Position numbers and translations under genes: made by a program. Shown here piece by piece: positions 1 to 13,602 of a stretch of 64,000 nucleotides of DNA (within the stretch, counting starts at the first letter, position 1; every line of letters starts with the position of its first letter). Source of the stretch: Epiperipatus broadwayi (Eukaryota; Animalia; Onychophora); assembly GCA_028023455.1 (NCBI GenBank), contig JAQFVV010000009.1, positions 17,794,001 through 17,858,000 on the forward strand, given 5' to 3'. A model generated the notes under the pieces. The model made no database searches. It had not been told where the DNA came from and was given only the letters and a program-made list of their open reading frames with translations.

Positions 1-1139
1 CGTTATATTTTAACAACTAAATAAAAATACTAAATAAGTCATAAAATTCTTCTTTTTTCTTAACCATAACATTTGTAATTGGATTTTGAATAGCATACAA
101 AAATTGTTTAATTACTTTAAGATACTGATATGTCAGTAAACAGACCCATAGACATTTCATTTATTATATTTTTATTGTCACCCCCCCACCCCCAATGAAA
201 TATAAATTAAGAAAAGAAGAAAGGATAGATCTCATTTTTAAAAGGGTCATTATTTGAAAAGCTTAATGCCAACTATATTGCCAGGACATACTTGACTATA
301 TAACAGTAGTTTATTTAAACTTTACAGAAAAATAGTAAGCATTTTTATCATCAGTGAGTGATCAATCAACAAGTTCAAACACTGCCAAAATTGCCACAAG
401 AAATAATTATTTCAATAATTTTCATTAGGTGCATTCTTTCAAAGCACTTATTTATGGTATCTGATCCAGAACAATAACAAACTTAAAAGAGGTCATTATA
501 TAAATTTGTGATCATCATATTTTTATTTAGGACTGTACTAAGATATGTGTTAATTTAATAATGAAGTCTTGAGTAGAAAATGATACTTAATTTGAAAATT
601 TAATTTATGTAGTAAATCAAATTTAAAACTGGACTTTCTATATTCGCTATATATTAAATTAGTTTATGAAACTTAATTTGATTTCCTTTTTCATTTTGTA
701 ATATCCTCTATTAGGATAAATATATTTTCATAGTTTTTAATAGATTAAATATTTTTATAATGTGATTTATTAGTTACATTTAAAATTATTTTTTTTGCAA
801 AATATTTTTGTTTATTTTAGCCTTTTATGAATTTAAAGTGTAAGCTTTTCTTGATTATAATTTTATTTTTCATTTGTTCTGATCTTCAATTCCTTTTCAA
901 TATATAATTAGATTCACATGTGAAGAGCCAAAAGAATTTTTTTTTTTTTGTTCTAATCATTGCAAGATAGCACAGTACATTATTTTATGTACCCAATCTT
1001 ATTTATTTTATATTGAACAAATATAAATATGTATATGTATTCACACACAAAAACAATGTTTCAGAGGAATTTATTGTTCAATATTCATTGCACAAGATAC
1101 TTTACATCACAATTAAAGGATGGATAAAAGAAAGAATAA

Positions 1140-2760
1140 TGCAAGAAATTTGAGATGTACAAAGATTTATGCATTTACATAATTAGTACTGTTCTATTAG
1201 CTCGTGACAGCCAATTGATGGCATTATTTATATGCAAAAACACATACATATGCCATTTATGCTGCCGGCCTTATTTCTACGCAAAAGCACAGAAAGATGG
1301 CTCCAGAATCTCGTTTGTTTTGAAAACCTTAGTGTGAGCCAGGTTCGAGAATGAAGTATGCTTTGGTACCTTATGTCTATTTCTTTGGTTGGTCCATTTA
1401 GGAGGAGTTCACTCCAGGCATCTCCAGTATTTAAAGATTGACCGATGAAATATTTCGGAAAGCAATAAAAGAACACAGACACATGATACCAAGTACTACA
1501 CAGTATTGCAGATACAGTCAAAAATCTCATTAATATTAATATATAGGTATAGCATCCCATATGTTACTATGCTACAAAAACAAATCCATTATGAAATGAA
1601 TAAAAAATCCGTTTTCCTTAAAGACAATTAATTTAGATGCTGGTATTATACCAGCATTTTATTTTTAGCATGAGTAATTATTAATAGCTATCATCATTGA
1701 ACTATTTATGCACATAGATCTGATTCTTATTGAATATCTAAATATATGAAAAAGATTGCATGGTACCTCTCTATTCCAAAGATTAAAGGAGCAGACATGT
1801 ATATAACTATTGGCCTTCTAATGTGTAATTAATTAATACATATCTGGTTTGATTAAGTATACTTATAAAATAAATATAACTTGTTTAATTGATTTACAAA
1901 TGAGTTCCGCCTTACGTAACAGAGTGAGAGTAAAATTTGAAGAAAAAATTGTTTTGAACATATTTTAATTTCTATCATCCAACTTCTTCTCATTTATATA
2001 CGTATATTCCACATCATCAATGAAATAACAAATAAACAAACTTGTTGATTTTGTAGATGTGCTAACATACATTAATATATGAAGATATTAAAAATTAATT
2101 TTTATGCCGATAGCCCGGTAACGTTATACTTCTGTGTTTTTGTATAGCATCAATACCAATAGAACAGTACCACACAATCTAATTTGTCATCAAATTATAT
2201 TCAATTACAATCATTGAATTGATCTTAAGGAATAATATTTAGTTTATCGATTTTACATTGAGTTTATCATGGTCATAATCATTATCTGATTTTCTGTTGT
2301 CAAAAGTTTCATCTTTGTTTTATAAGTGATTCTCTTGCCACAAAGATATACAATCTTCCTGTCTTGTGATTTTATTTGTTCTATTTTATGAGAAAAAGTA
2401 ATTGAATGTTTACTTGGATTATTATCATGCATACATGTGCATCTAGAACACCATATAAAATATAAATATATCAGAACAAATGCTAGTGGAAAAGTCTCTT
2501 AGCAAATGTTTTGGCTAAGTATTTGTATTTCTCTGTAGTGCTGATATTAAAATTCATGTATTAGTAAGTTCCTGCAAAGTATAAAATTAATGAAAACTGT
2601 TGTTTCTTCTTCTCTGTGGCAAGGCCACCTGCATTACTCAATCATCTTCTTTTGCATTTAATGAAGGATAGGCAAAGGCTAAGCATTAATCTTAGAAGAA
2701 AGTCAGGTTCCATTGACCAGAATCTAAATTTTCAAATTAATTGTTTATTATTAATACTTA
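1140..2760 (-). mobile_element. Degenerate Penelope-like retroelement (RT + GIY-YIG endonuclease)
   Basis: Manual minus-strand translation gives, in order: YILYGVLDAH (cf. LYGLPKIH), CYFIDDV at ~2013-2027 (RT YxDD), KANSYIHVCSFN (cf. KPTxxxxYxHxxSxH of PLE RTs) and FYCFPKYFIGQS (GIY-YIG, inside track ORF 1228..1560). Many stops and frameshifts; boundaries approximate. Confidence 0.7.
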
Positions 2761-3749
2761 AGCAATTAAAGAATGTATTCAACAGAAAAATTTGATGGAA
2801 TAGTTCATATACTTTCAATATATGAATTTTTGTCGAGATGGTGTGAATATCAGCTTAAACTGCTATTACAGGTCCTTGTAATAATGCTCAATATTCTGTC
2901 ATCATTGATGGGAATCTGTAAAAGTAATATTTGAACACTGTAGTGGATAGAAAGATTTTAGAGAATGATGGCAATAAGTTTAATATTTTTTTGGAATTTA
3001 AAGATATGAATTGAATGTTGACTTCAGTCATTAAGAAAAATAAGCATTTGTAGGTGTTTCAATGATTGTTGTTTTATATATACTTTTTATCATTTATTTC
3101 TTTATACCTCTATATTGATTTTATTATTGTTTTACAATTCAGCAATATGATAAATGCAAATATTAGCCATGTAATGCGTGAGATTAATATGTAGATTTGT
3201 ACTATTTTTAAGTTGTAATAAATATCTATTATCTTTGAATTTTGTTAAAAAAATTTGTCATTTAAAATTTATGCTCCTACATTATATGTGTGCAAAGTTT
3301 TTTTTTTCATTCATTCAGCTGCAATCAATTCCTTTTAATAAATATTTGGCTCATGTTTGAGAAACCAAAAAAAAAAAAAGAAATGGAAAAAGATTTTTTT
3401 ATTATTACTTTTTTGTTATAATCTTCAAAAAAGTAGCATTGTACATTGTTTTATGTGCTCAATTTCAGTTTTTTTTTTTTGTAATGAGCAAAAATATTTT
3501 CATTAGAAGTAGACCATTTGCAAAAGCATATTGCTATTCCAATTCCAAGAGAAAAAGATTTTAAAAAAGAATAAAACAATAATAATAATACACTAGAAAT
3601 GAATTTTGTGATAACTATACAAACCAATCTGAGAAACACAAACACCTCCACATATAGAGCATGCTAAACCTTTATTTTGTTTACTTAATATTTTGCAGTG
3701 TTTTCTTTTAAGTGAAATAGAAAAAAAAAATTTCTGAAATATTTCAACA

Positions 3750-5750
3750 CCATATATAATTTTAGTTCTCCAAGTATTCTATTCTCTATCTTGCCAATGA
3801 AAACAATCAATATTGTAATTCTTTAGGATGTCTTTTGAGATCACTTTTATAACTTGGGTTATATCTCTCATGAAAACCATACTAAGTTTGCTCTAAAACA
3901 TCCTTTTAGGAAGTCTTATACCATTTATTTATGTCACGTGAACATGATTTTGCAGTAGTGGACTTTGTAGTATATATCTTACAAGTTGGAAGAATATTAA
4001 TTGATGTTAAGATCTTGTTATTATATTTTTAAAATTTTATAGAACATCCTTAAATGCAAATTTTTTAATACTTTTATGTTGTATCGATAGAGTGTGCCCA
4101 AGTCTCACTTCTATACAACAATTAGGTAAAATAATAGATCTCCCTTTGTAGTAATTTAGTTGCAGTAATTATTTCATAATGATGAAATATCTAACTTAGC
4201 AAAACAGCAGCAGAACATTATTGAATTTGTACTACATCTTAGCATCCAAGTTTACTTTTTATTTAAAAAATTACCATGATATTTAAATTGGTTTATATTC
4301 TTAAATTGAGAATCATCTAAATTAAAAATTGCTGAAGCTTTTACTTCCATTACTGGCTGATAAATAATTTGAATTCTTTACTAAACCAGTTTTTATATGT
4401 TGCATTCAATACATTAAGTACTAAAAATCATCTTTTGTATTGACAAAAATAGCATATTCATCAACATGCTATAAATCAAGAGTCCAATAAATTGAAGTTC
4501 TTATTTTTATTTTAATCAATTTAAATTAAAATTTCTACCATCAAACCTGTATTGTATCTTGATCTCTGATTTATTAAGTCACTTATAAAGAATTCCTAAA
4601 GACCACAATTATAAAAATTAAAAACAATGTTAATCTGTGTATATATCCATGTTTAACACCAGTTTTCATTTCATATGCCTCAGATTTTCCGCTTGTAGTA
4701 ACAATATTTTTATCTCATTTCATCACATCAAAGCTGCAAAATAGAAATAAACTATGATGATAACCAATTAATTTCAAACAATGTCATAAATCTATTCGAT
4801 TAATTGAATCAAATGCTTTGAACAAATCAATAAAAGCAATATATAAATCACTTTTGTTGCTAATACTTTTATTGCATTTGCCTGGCAACAAAAACTGACT
4901 ACTGTCCTTCTTGATTGGCTAAAACCATTGAGTTTCTGAAAACTATTCATCTATAACTGTAAGCAACAAATTCTTGAAAATAGCTTTGCCATAGTTATAA
5001 TGATGATATTCCATGATAGATACTGCAATTTTATCTATTTCTTTTATTTTAAAAAATGGAACAATAAAAGTTCTCTAAGATAGATTGTCACAACTTTATG
5101 TTTCCATATATTTCTAAAAAAATTTGATATTTTTTGAGCTAACATTTTACCACCATATTTTAAAACTTCTCCAGGTATTTCATCAAGACCTGCATCCTTT
5201 CCATTTTTAATATAACAGAGCTTTTTTGACTTAACTAAACTGGATATTTTTGCACAAATCTAAATGAGTAGATTCAAAAAATGATAAAAATTCTTTCACC
5301 TGTTCAAAATATCATTATCATATAAGAGAGTGCCATTTCTAGATTTAATAGGATTGTGATACCATTTTTCAGATCTATATGCTTATTTCAACGCCTTATA
5401 AAATATCTCAAGTGACAGATCCGTAAATATGTATTTCTTGTGCAGATTTAATCCATTAATCATTTAAAAATCTTCTTGGCAGTCATTGAACTTCTGTTTT
5501 TAAATCTCTATATTTATTTGAAGTTCATATTTAACTTATTATTCTTTTTTAATGAAGTTGCTAATAATAAGATCATTATCATAAAATTAGTCACGTTTTT
5601 TTTTTTAGTGAACTTAATAATAAATTTTCTTGTATCCTTAAACACACTTCTTAAAAGAATTTCACATTTCAATAATATGACAATTCTGAAAATTCAAATT
5701 AACAGTTTAGCATTTAATGATAAGTGTTTATACTTATATTTGTAAAGAAT
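3750..5750 (-). mobile_element. Degenerate RTE-clade (BovB-like) LINE, reverse transcriptase region
   Basis: Minus-strand motifs KNGKDAGLDEIPGEVLKYGG, DLYIAFIDLFKAFDSINR, GVKHG, IQYRFDGRNFNL (the YRxDGxxFNL insert typical of RTE-BovB), LLYRSETW and RLPKRMF occur in the expected order. Frame is disrupted. Confidence 0.85.
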
Positions 5751-6246
5751 GAACATTAATTTTATTATCAATATAATTGGAATAAGACCTAATTTTTAAA
5801 TAATTATGTTAGCAAAAAAATATGGTTGTTATAATTGGAAAGTAGGGCAAAATAAAACAAGTTTTGTTTGTTAAAAAAGTATTCTGATAAGAAGTTATTT
5901 AAGAATATAATAGTTGCAAACAATAGTAGTTAATTCCTGAAAAGATAGTTAAGTAATTTCTTTTTACTATCAGGAATGATTGCATTTAGACTAAAGCTTA
6001 GAGTCCATGGAACTTATATCATTGAATCAAGTCATGATGACAAAATGAGATTATTGGAGAAGGGCTAGCAAATGCAGCCTCAAATAAACAATGAAGTTTC
6101 TATCCATCAATCTTATCATAACTACAGGACCAAAATCCATTAAATGATTTTCATGTTGTGTTTTATCTTTGAATTTGTATTAGAATCTGCTGTAAGGATC
6201 TATGATTTTTATAATAAAAAACTATCAGAAATTAAGAATTGGAATG

Positions 6247-7075
6247 TAACCCAAAAATAACTGGAATTTTATTTAAAAAAAATTGTTTATTTATCTTTAA
6301 GTGATATAAATTTAATCTTCTTTACAGTATGGTCCCTCGAATATAATACACCACTCTAAACAGGTTTTTCACTTTTCAAAGCAGTCCAGAAACACAAAGT
6401 GAAGCTTTTTAATGCCTGCATTTTTTTTTCACCACTTCTAAGTCAGCAAAAAAAAAAAAAAAAGAGGTATTTTTTTATTTAAGAGAATAAAAAGAAGTAA
6501 TATGGACTCCAGACTGTTTGCGGGGGAATTTTTGTGATGAAGCTTACACTTCTCACTTTGCCACAAAATGTGACATTTATATTTTACTGCATCATGCAAA
6601 TGTTTCAGAACTTGTAGATAAAATGTTTGACCAATAATTAAGAATCAATTTTAAGATAAAAATGCCGTTTGCATCAATAAAAAAAATCAAGATATTTTGA
6701 CATTGAACTTCAGATGCCATGCCTTTTGGGACATGGTAAATTTGATAATTTCATTAAATCATTCATAAACATGTTTTCCACAAAACAGCTTTTTTCTAAT
6801 CTGTTTCAAGCATTAAAATTGTTTTCACTGTTGTTTTCCCTAAAAGAAAACAATTTCACATTATTCCAACTTTTCAGCCATTACAAAAAGTCGTCAAATA
6901 CTTGAAACGCACTTTACAAAAAAATAGGCTATTTGGTAACACAATTTCACACAATAAAATAATTTGGCAGATTGATGCAAAATAGTTCCCATAAGAGGTG
7001 TATAACAGCAGAAGCATGTACACAAAGGTGTACTTACCAGAGAACAATTCAGGTTATTTTGGGATCCCCCTTGTA
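6247..7075 (-). mobile_element. Internally deleted mariner (Tc1/mariner) DNA transposon
   Basis: Imperfect inverted termini: acccaaaaataactggaatt at ~6249 versus aattcaggttattttgggatcccccttgta at 7046-7075, followed by TA. Minus-strand fragments LGKTTVKTILMLE, LPCPK, FFIDANGI and FYLQVLKHLHDAVKYKCHILWQSEKCKLHHKNSPA match mariner transposase motifs. Confidence 0.8.
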
Positions 7076-7949
7076 TATATTTAAGATAATTAATTTTATG
7101 GTGTGCAATTTAATTAATTATTTTATATATGTTAAATTAGAAGATGGTTTTATTTCTTTTATCAAAGTTTGTCTATTAATAATATTTGTGATAATTGGAA
7201 ATTGTGTTTGCTATTGCTCTTGTAAGTTATAGAACAAGTATTGTTTAGAATAAGATGAAAATATAAATAACTTAATTATACTTTTTTATGATTCTAAAAC
7301 ATATTTGTAATTATGATAACATTATTGTAATCTTTAAGAAAAGAAGAAAATATTTATATTATTTCTTTCTATTTTTCTGCAATAGCCAATTTTTAAAATA
7401 TTAATCTTTCTGAAGTGGACTTGTATTCTGCTCCTCCCCCCCCCCCCAAGTTGGTTTTATCAATATATATATATATATGATTTTTTAATAAAATAATCTT
7501 TATATGTGTTAATACAAAATAATATAACAATTTATATAGAAATTTTTAGAAATAATAATTAAAAAATGTAAAATTAATAATTTTTTTCAAAATGATCTAT
7601 AATAAATAACTGTATTATTACTTTACAGCTAAAAATTACCAAATAAAAATAATGCTGTGATTGCATGTTGCCCACTTCAAATTACATTTAAAAAAAAATT
7701 CAATTTAAACATACATACTATTTATAAAATAAAATAGAAATTCATTTAACATTACAATACTAGCCAAAAAACAAAATTTTGCTAAAATTCCACAACCATG
7801 GTTTTATCTATTAACAAGTAGATCTTTTCAAGTGAAATTCAACTAAACACATAACACAAATATACAAAACAAAATAGTCTTCCCATCAGTCACTTCAAAA
7901 ACCAACTTCCTTTAACATCAAATGATGTCTTCATGAGACTGGTGGCCTC

Positions 7950-9235
7950 AGATTAAAAAAAAAAAAATTATTATCAAAGTTTCTTTTACTCTTCTTTTCA
8001 ATTTACTTTTTTCATAAAAGATAATCTCTGCATTTTCAAATAATATTTTATGACCTGTATTCAGTTCATGAATATACAAAGGTGAGTTATGATATCTATT
8101 TTTTTTTTTAAGTGTCATAGCATTGGCTGGGATGTGAACCCGCAACCCGGGCAACTGCCTGAAAGTGCAAGGCAGTCACACTGACCTCTCGACCACCAAT
8201 GCAAGACTGATATCTATTTTTAACCCTCCTCTTATGAACTTTTAACTCTTTTATTAAGACTTAATTTACTCTGACCTATATACATTTTATGACAATTGTA
8301 AGGAATCTTATAAACTATCCCAGGAATAGATTTGCAATTAGTTAACTGTTTTGAACTATTTAATAATGAATTTAAATTTAGGCTTTTTTTTTCCAAGCCA
8401 CTTTCATACCGCCCAATAAAAGTTATTCTTATAAACAATTTACTAATTAATGACTTATATGGCAAAAAAATAAACTCTTTATTCTCATTAACAATTAATT
8501 TTTTATTATGTTAATAGATTTTTAAGATATTTTTATTAAATATAATATTCCTAATAAATTCATGATTATATCGTAACTTAATATAGTCAGAAGCAAATTG
8601 ACTCCTCTGAATATAACTTATTTTTAAAATGATTAAGTGTTTGGTCTTAACATATTTCTTGAATTTTTTTTGCTTTAATGAAATGATTACAAAATAAAAC
8701 ACTATCAACACTTAAATCTTAAAATTTTAACAAATTTAAATGTACCCCTCTCAATAGAAAATTTAATATTAGAATCAAAAGCATCCAATTTATCAAGATC
8801 TTTCAATTTATTTTCCTGTATAGTAAGCAAATAATCATCAACATACCTAACAAATAATTTTAAAGCAACAGAAAAATTATTAATAACATTACTCTCTTAA
8901 AAAATCAATATAGACAGAGCACATGAAAGGAGAAATAACATACCCAATAACCCAACCCTCTTTAATTTTGTAAAACACATACCCTACATACAAAATACAT
9001 AGAATCTTCTAATAACAATAGCAAACCATAAATAGCCTTAATCTTATCTGCAGAAAAATATCCAAATTTCTTTAAAACATCAAGAAACACATTAATGCTT
9101 TTTATCATATTAATTAATTGATACATATTTTCAATATCTAAACTACCAAAAACACAATTTTTTCTTAAAACAAATCCATTAATTTTATCATATACTTCAA
9201 AAGAAGATACACAAAATTGAAAATTACTTAGCATT
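7950..9235 (-). mobile_element. Degenerate Penelope-like retroelement (RT + GIY-YIG), interrupted by a SINE
   Basis: SLDIENMY (track ORF 8962..9234), LFVRYVDDYLL at ~8825-8857, GIVYKIPYNCHKMYIGQSKLSLNKRVK (track ORF 8232..8465) and, beyond the SINE, YHNSPLYIHELNTGHKILFENAEII (track ORF 7948..8154). Confidence 0.85.
8104..8207 (-). mobile_element. tRNA-Gly-derived SINE-like retrocopy with target-site duplication
   Basis: Minus strand reads GCATTGGTGGTC...CCCAGCCAATGC (8202-8120), resembling tRNA-Gly termini, then a TATGACAC tail and an A-run. Flanked by a direct repeat tgatatctattttt (8090-8103 and 8208-8221). Confidence 0.75.
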
Positions 9236-9381
9236 CTAGTTTCATGTGTACATTGAATACATTAATGGTATTCACTGAAGTTACTATTTTCTCATTTACA
9301 TTCATTCATATTTATTACCATTCATATGTAATGTTTTACATGAGTAAATTTATAAAGTTCAATTATTTGTATTGATAACAG

Positions 9382-9435
9382 AGCATCCTGGTGTCTTAAG
9401 CAATACAGCTGATGATACAATAACATCACTACGAG
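9382..9435 (+). CDS. Candidate internal coding exon (phase 1-1) EHPGVLSNTADDTITSLR of an unidentified gene
   Basis: ttgataacag acceptor, 54-nt open frame, gag/gtattt donor. Phase-compatible with the candidate exon at 24710. No homology recognised. Confidence 0.3.
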
Positions 9436-11033
9436 GTATTTCATAAGAGACAAAGGAAAATATTTTTAAATCCTTATAAAAAACATTAAACACAACTAAA
9501 TTGAGTCTTAAAATATAGGATTAATTTAAGTTTGAATAGAGTTTGTAGCAAAATTAAATTATTTTTTTATTAGCACATTATTTAAAATATTTTTAAAACT
9601 AATAAAAAAAATGTTAGTATTTTAAAAAAATATTAAAATTATCTTGGGTGAAAAATGCTTCTATGTTTTTACTAATATAAAGTTAAAATTTTTAAATGCT
9701 TCCAGAACATAATTATAAAAATAAAATATATTTTATAATTATTAGAAATATCATTAAAAAATGAAAATTTATTTGAAAAAGAAAAAAGCTTTGAAATTAA
9801 ATAATTAATTTTTATCTTTATTAGTATTATATATAATTAATTGCTTCTTCTATAATAAATACTTTCACTTAAGAACTAGTCTTATTTTATATCTGTCATC
9901 TAAGAACAAAAATGGAGACATTACACTTAACGATTGCAATTTAACAGTGATGGAACTTAAAAATAAGCAATACAACATTGCTATAACACTATATAATTCA
10001 CTAATCACAGCACCAATCAGGTTGCTCACCAGAAGTCATAATACATTTTGAACAAAAATTATTTAAATATTATTATTAAATTCATAATTTATATTTGTTT
10101 ATTATCTGTGCTCTTATCTTGAATATTTTGATCACTGTAGTTGTATGTTTGTCATTATTTACATTCTAGAATGTAGTAATGAATAAGTGCTCGGATTTAT
10201 GTTTTGTCATAACCACTCTGTTAAAAAATTAAATCACTACTTATAAGAGATATATTGTTTCTACATTAGTGTAATTTATCATTAGATTTCTTATTTATTG
10301 TTTTCATTGTAGTGTCACAGCACATTGTAAGCATGTAACCTATAATAAGAAAGAGGTTAAATGATATCCATATGTATCTTCTTAGTGTGAATAAAGTTGT
10401 TATTTGAAACTAGTATAATCTTGTAGGTTAAAGCACACTTTAGAGAAGTCAGAAGATTATTAGTACCATAGCATAAGATGCTATCACACAAATGAATAAT
10501 GAGAGTTCAGGTAATAATAGAACATCGACTCATTATACATTTTCATATTATGCTGTTATATAAATTGACATTCTTAATGAGGAGAGCTAATAATATACTG
10601 CGTATGATTACAATAAATACATTGATGTATTACTGATATACAATTTAGAAATGTAAGGAATAAAATTATTAATATATAAATTACACATACATGTATAAAT
10701 ATATGACTTTTTATAAATTTTTTGATTGTTTTTGACTTATATATTTCAAAGAAAAATTTTATTCTTCAGTTCAAATATACATAGTCAAAATTACATAGGT
10801 CAATATACATGGATAGGTGTACATCATTTTTATCTGATTCAATCTCCCATAAGCTATGGATAAATAACACTTATACAGCAATAAAGAATAAAGTAAATTG
10901 ACCTATCTTTTAAGCTTTTGATCTTCATATTTTTTTATTTAATGGCATTGCTGGAAATAACGAGTGGAAACTATATATTATCCTGATTTAATACAGCCTA
11001 AATCATTTTGAAATTACAATTGTGCATCTAGAG

Positions 11034-13602
11034 CATAGGTTCTCAAACTTTTTAAATTTTGTACCACATAAATAAGAATCAAAAATATATCTACCATCAT
11101 AAAAGCATTTTCCAATTAAAAATCAATGCATCCTAAATGGAGTGTTTATAATCAAAGAATAAAACATTTTAAATTTACATTATTCAATTATATTTGTAAA
11201 TGAAACTTTTTCATTATAATAAAATATAAATATACTATATGTTGTAGTAAATAGTATATAATAATACTTAATAACAAATTCTAAGATTTATTATTATTCA
11301 GGATTAATGTGACGAATGAGCCTGTATCTTTGTAACCAATTTCGATATGTCAATAAAGCATAAGTCAAGTTCAAGTTGCAACCATGTCCTATATTTATTT
11401 TTAATTAATAGAATGGTTGAAAATCCAATTTTGCAAAGATATGATGTGATGAAAGGCATTAAAAATTTTCTTACTTTGTAAGAAATATATTCATCTCTTC
11501 TTTTTAACCAAAATTGCATAAGCTATCTTTTTTGAACTCATTCATAAGGTTTCTGTCACATAAAATATCTGAAAGCTGATTTCTTTCTTGAATTGATCTC
11601 TTATCCAACATTCATTTTCTAAATTTTCAGAAAAATAGGAGTGAAAATTGTTAATCCTATGAAGTATTTTTCTATATCTTAGATTAGTTTCTCAGTTAGT
11701 GACAGATTATTTTCCTGGAGAAACTTTTCTAATGTTGGTAATGAAGCAACTTTCTTGCTTTTTGCATCCTTAATTATGTATTCTAGTTTTTTCACAGCTG
11801 CATTTATTTTGTCCTGTATAGTAAAGTTAGTTATATTGGAACTTAGTTTGTTCAGTTTTACAAAAAATGTCAGACAAATATGCTAAACACGATAATCAGA
11901 ATTCATCCATAAAACAATGATGGAGTTCAAATTTGAATTTTGTCAGGAATACTTGGGCCTCTGAACATAATTCATAGAATCTAATTAAAAATTTTCCCCT
12001 CAACAACCATCACACTTCAGGGTGTAAAAGGAACTTATTGTGGTTACTATCCATTTCATAGCACAAAATTGTAAACAGTTGTGAATTAAGGGCCTGATAT
12101 TTAATAAAATTTGCTATCTTCACAGATTGATCTAAAATAGTTTTTAGTCCTGTGGGCAATGTTTTGGTAGCTAATGCTTTGTGATGTATGATGCAATGTG
12201 TGAACTTTGCCTCTGGTGCAACTTCTTTAATTTTTCTGAAAACTACACTATAACAACCTGTTATTGAATGAGCACTATCAGAACATACTCCTACATATTT
12301 TTTCCATATTATTTTATGACCAGTGATAAACTCGTTATTTTTCTTAAAAACCTCATCCACTGTGATATGATTTGGCAAAAGCTTACAGAATAAGAATTCT
12401 TCATCTATGATTTGTTCTTATTCAAATCGAATATAAGCATCAACTATGCCAGTTGGTTATGTCTGTGTTTTCATTGAACTGAATTGCAAAATATTTGCTT
12501 TGTTTTATATTTTTGATTAGTGTTTGTTTTACTTGAAGTGCAGTTTTGTTTATTTGTTGGGAGACAGTGTCATTTGACAAAGAAACAACATGACAGCTCC
12601 ATATGTTTAGCTGCAAGTAATATTAAAGATTCTCCAACAGTATGTGGTTTTGCAGTTTGATCAATTCTCAAACTAAAATGCTTCACTGCTTGTTTGAAGA
12701 TTGGAGTGAAGGAATGAAGTGAACTTACGTTAGTTTTCATTTCAATTCATTTTCATTTAAAAAAGTCGAGAGATTTACCTGTTAAACTGGCATGTTTCTT
12801 TTGAAAGTGCCATAGCAGAAGTAATGGTTTCATCGATTAATTTAAAAATTGTTTGCAACTAATAACACACTTGGACCTGGGGTCGTTTTCATCCTCATTT
12901 CAAAAGAAATTCATATTTCAAATAATTTTCATTATAATTTCGTTTTCTGGATGCTTCTTGAGATTCATGATCAAAATTAGAAGTGCTAGCTGTGCCAGTG
13001 TCTTCTGCCAACCATTTCTCCATTGATTTTTCTATTCCTAACCATTTGTCCATTGTAATAGGATTGGGCCTAAAAAGTAAATAATAAAATATATAAAAAT
13101 GTAAGCAATTCGTAACACATTAAAATGATTATATTCACATCAGATAATTAAAAATAAAAAAATATAATAATAAAATAATTAAAGTTAATAGTTGACAATA
13201 ACAATACAATTTAAAAATATATTAAAGAATTTAGTCAACATTAAAAAAATATATATTCACATCCCAAATTTAAATTTAAAAAAATAAAACAAACAAAAAT
13301 TAATAAATATAAACAAAAAAAAAAAAAAGAAGATAAAAACAACGCTCGTTAAAAAATGAAAAATAAAAAAAAAGTTTGCTTCTCCCCTTTACTTGCAGTC
13401 TCTTCTAGCAATGACAAAAGAGCAATGACAGCAATAGCAAAACAACTAAAAACTTCACAGGATGCATCTTATTTCAGAAGCAGCCAAGTTTAACTGATCG
13501 GTCTTCACAATGCAAATTCATTTAAATCTTCTGTGTAAAAATTGTACCACCAAAATGTAATGTATTATTAATGGTTGTTGTATCATAGTTTGAGAATAGG
13601 GG
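11034..13602 (-). mobile_element. Decayed hAT transposon, Buster/Charlie (ZBED5/SCAND3-like) transposase
   Basis: Track ORFs give VGVCSDSAHSITG...THCIIHHKALATK...SVKIANFIKYQALNSQLF and the C-terminal FLMPFITSYLCKIGFS...KYRTWL...QAHSSH. TIR-like cataggttctcaaac at 11034 follows atctagag, and the inverse gtttgagaa lies at 13588-13596. Confidence 0.9.

Noticed and set aside
7801-7960. Hammerhead at the 3' end of the second Penelope copy (ctgatgg...)
   Set aside because: The core reads CTGATGG, and no GAAA box with a pairing stem II follows.
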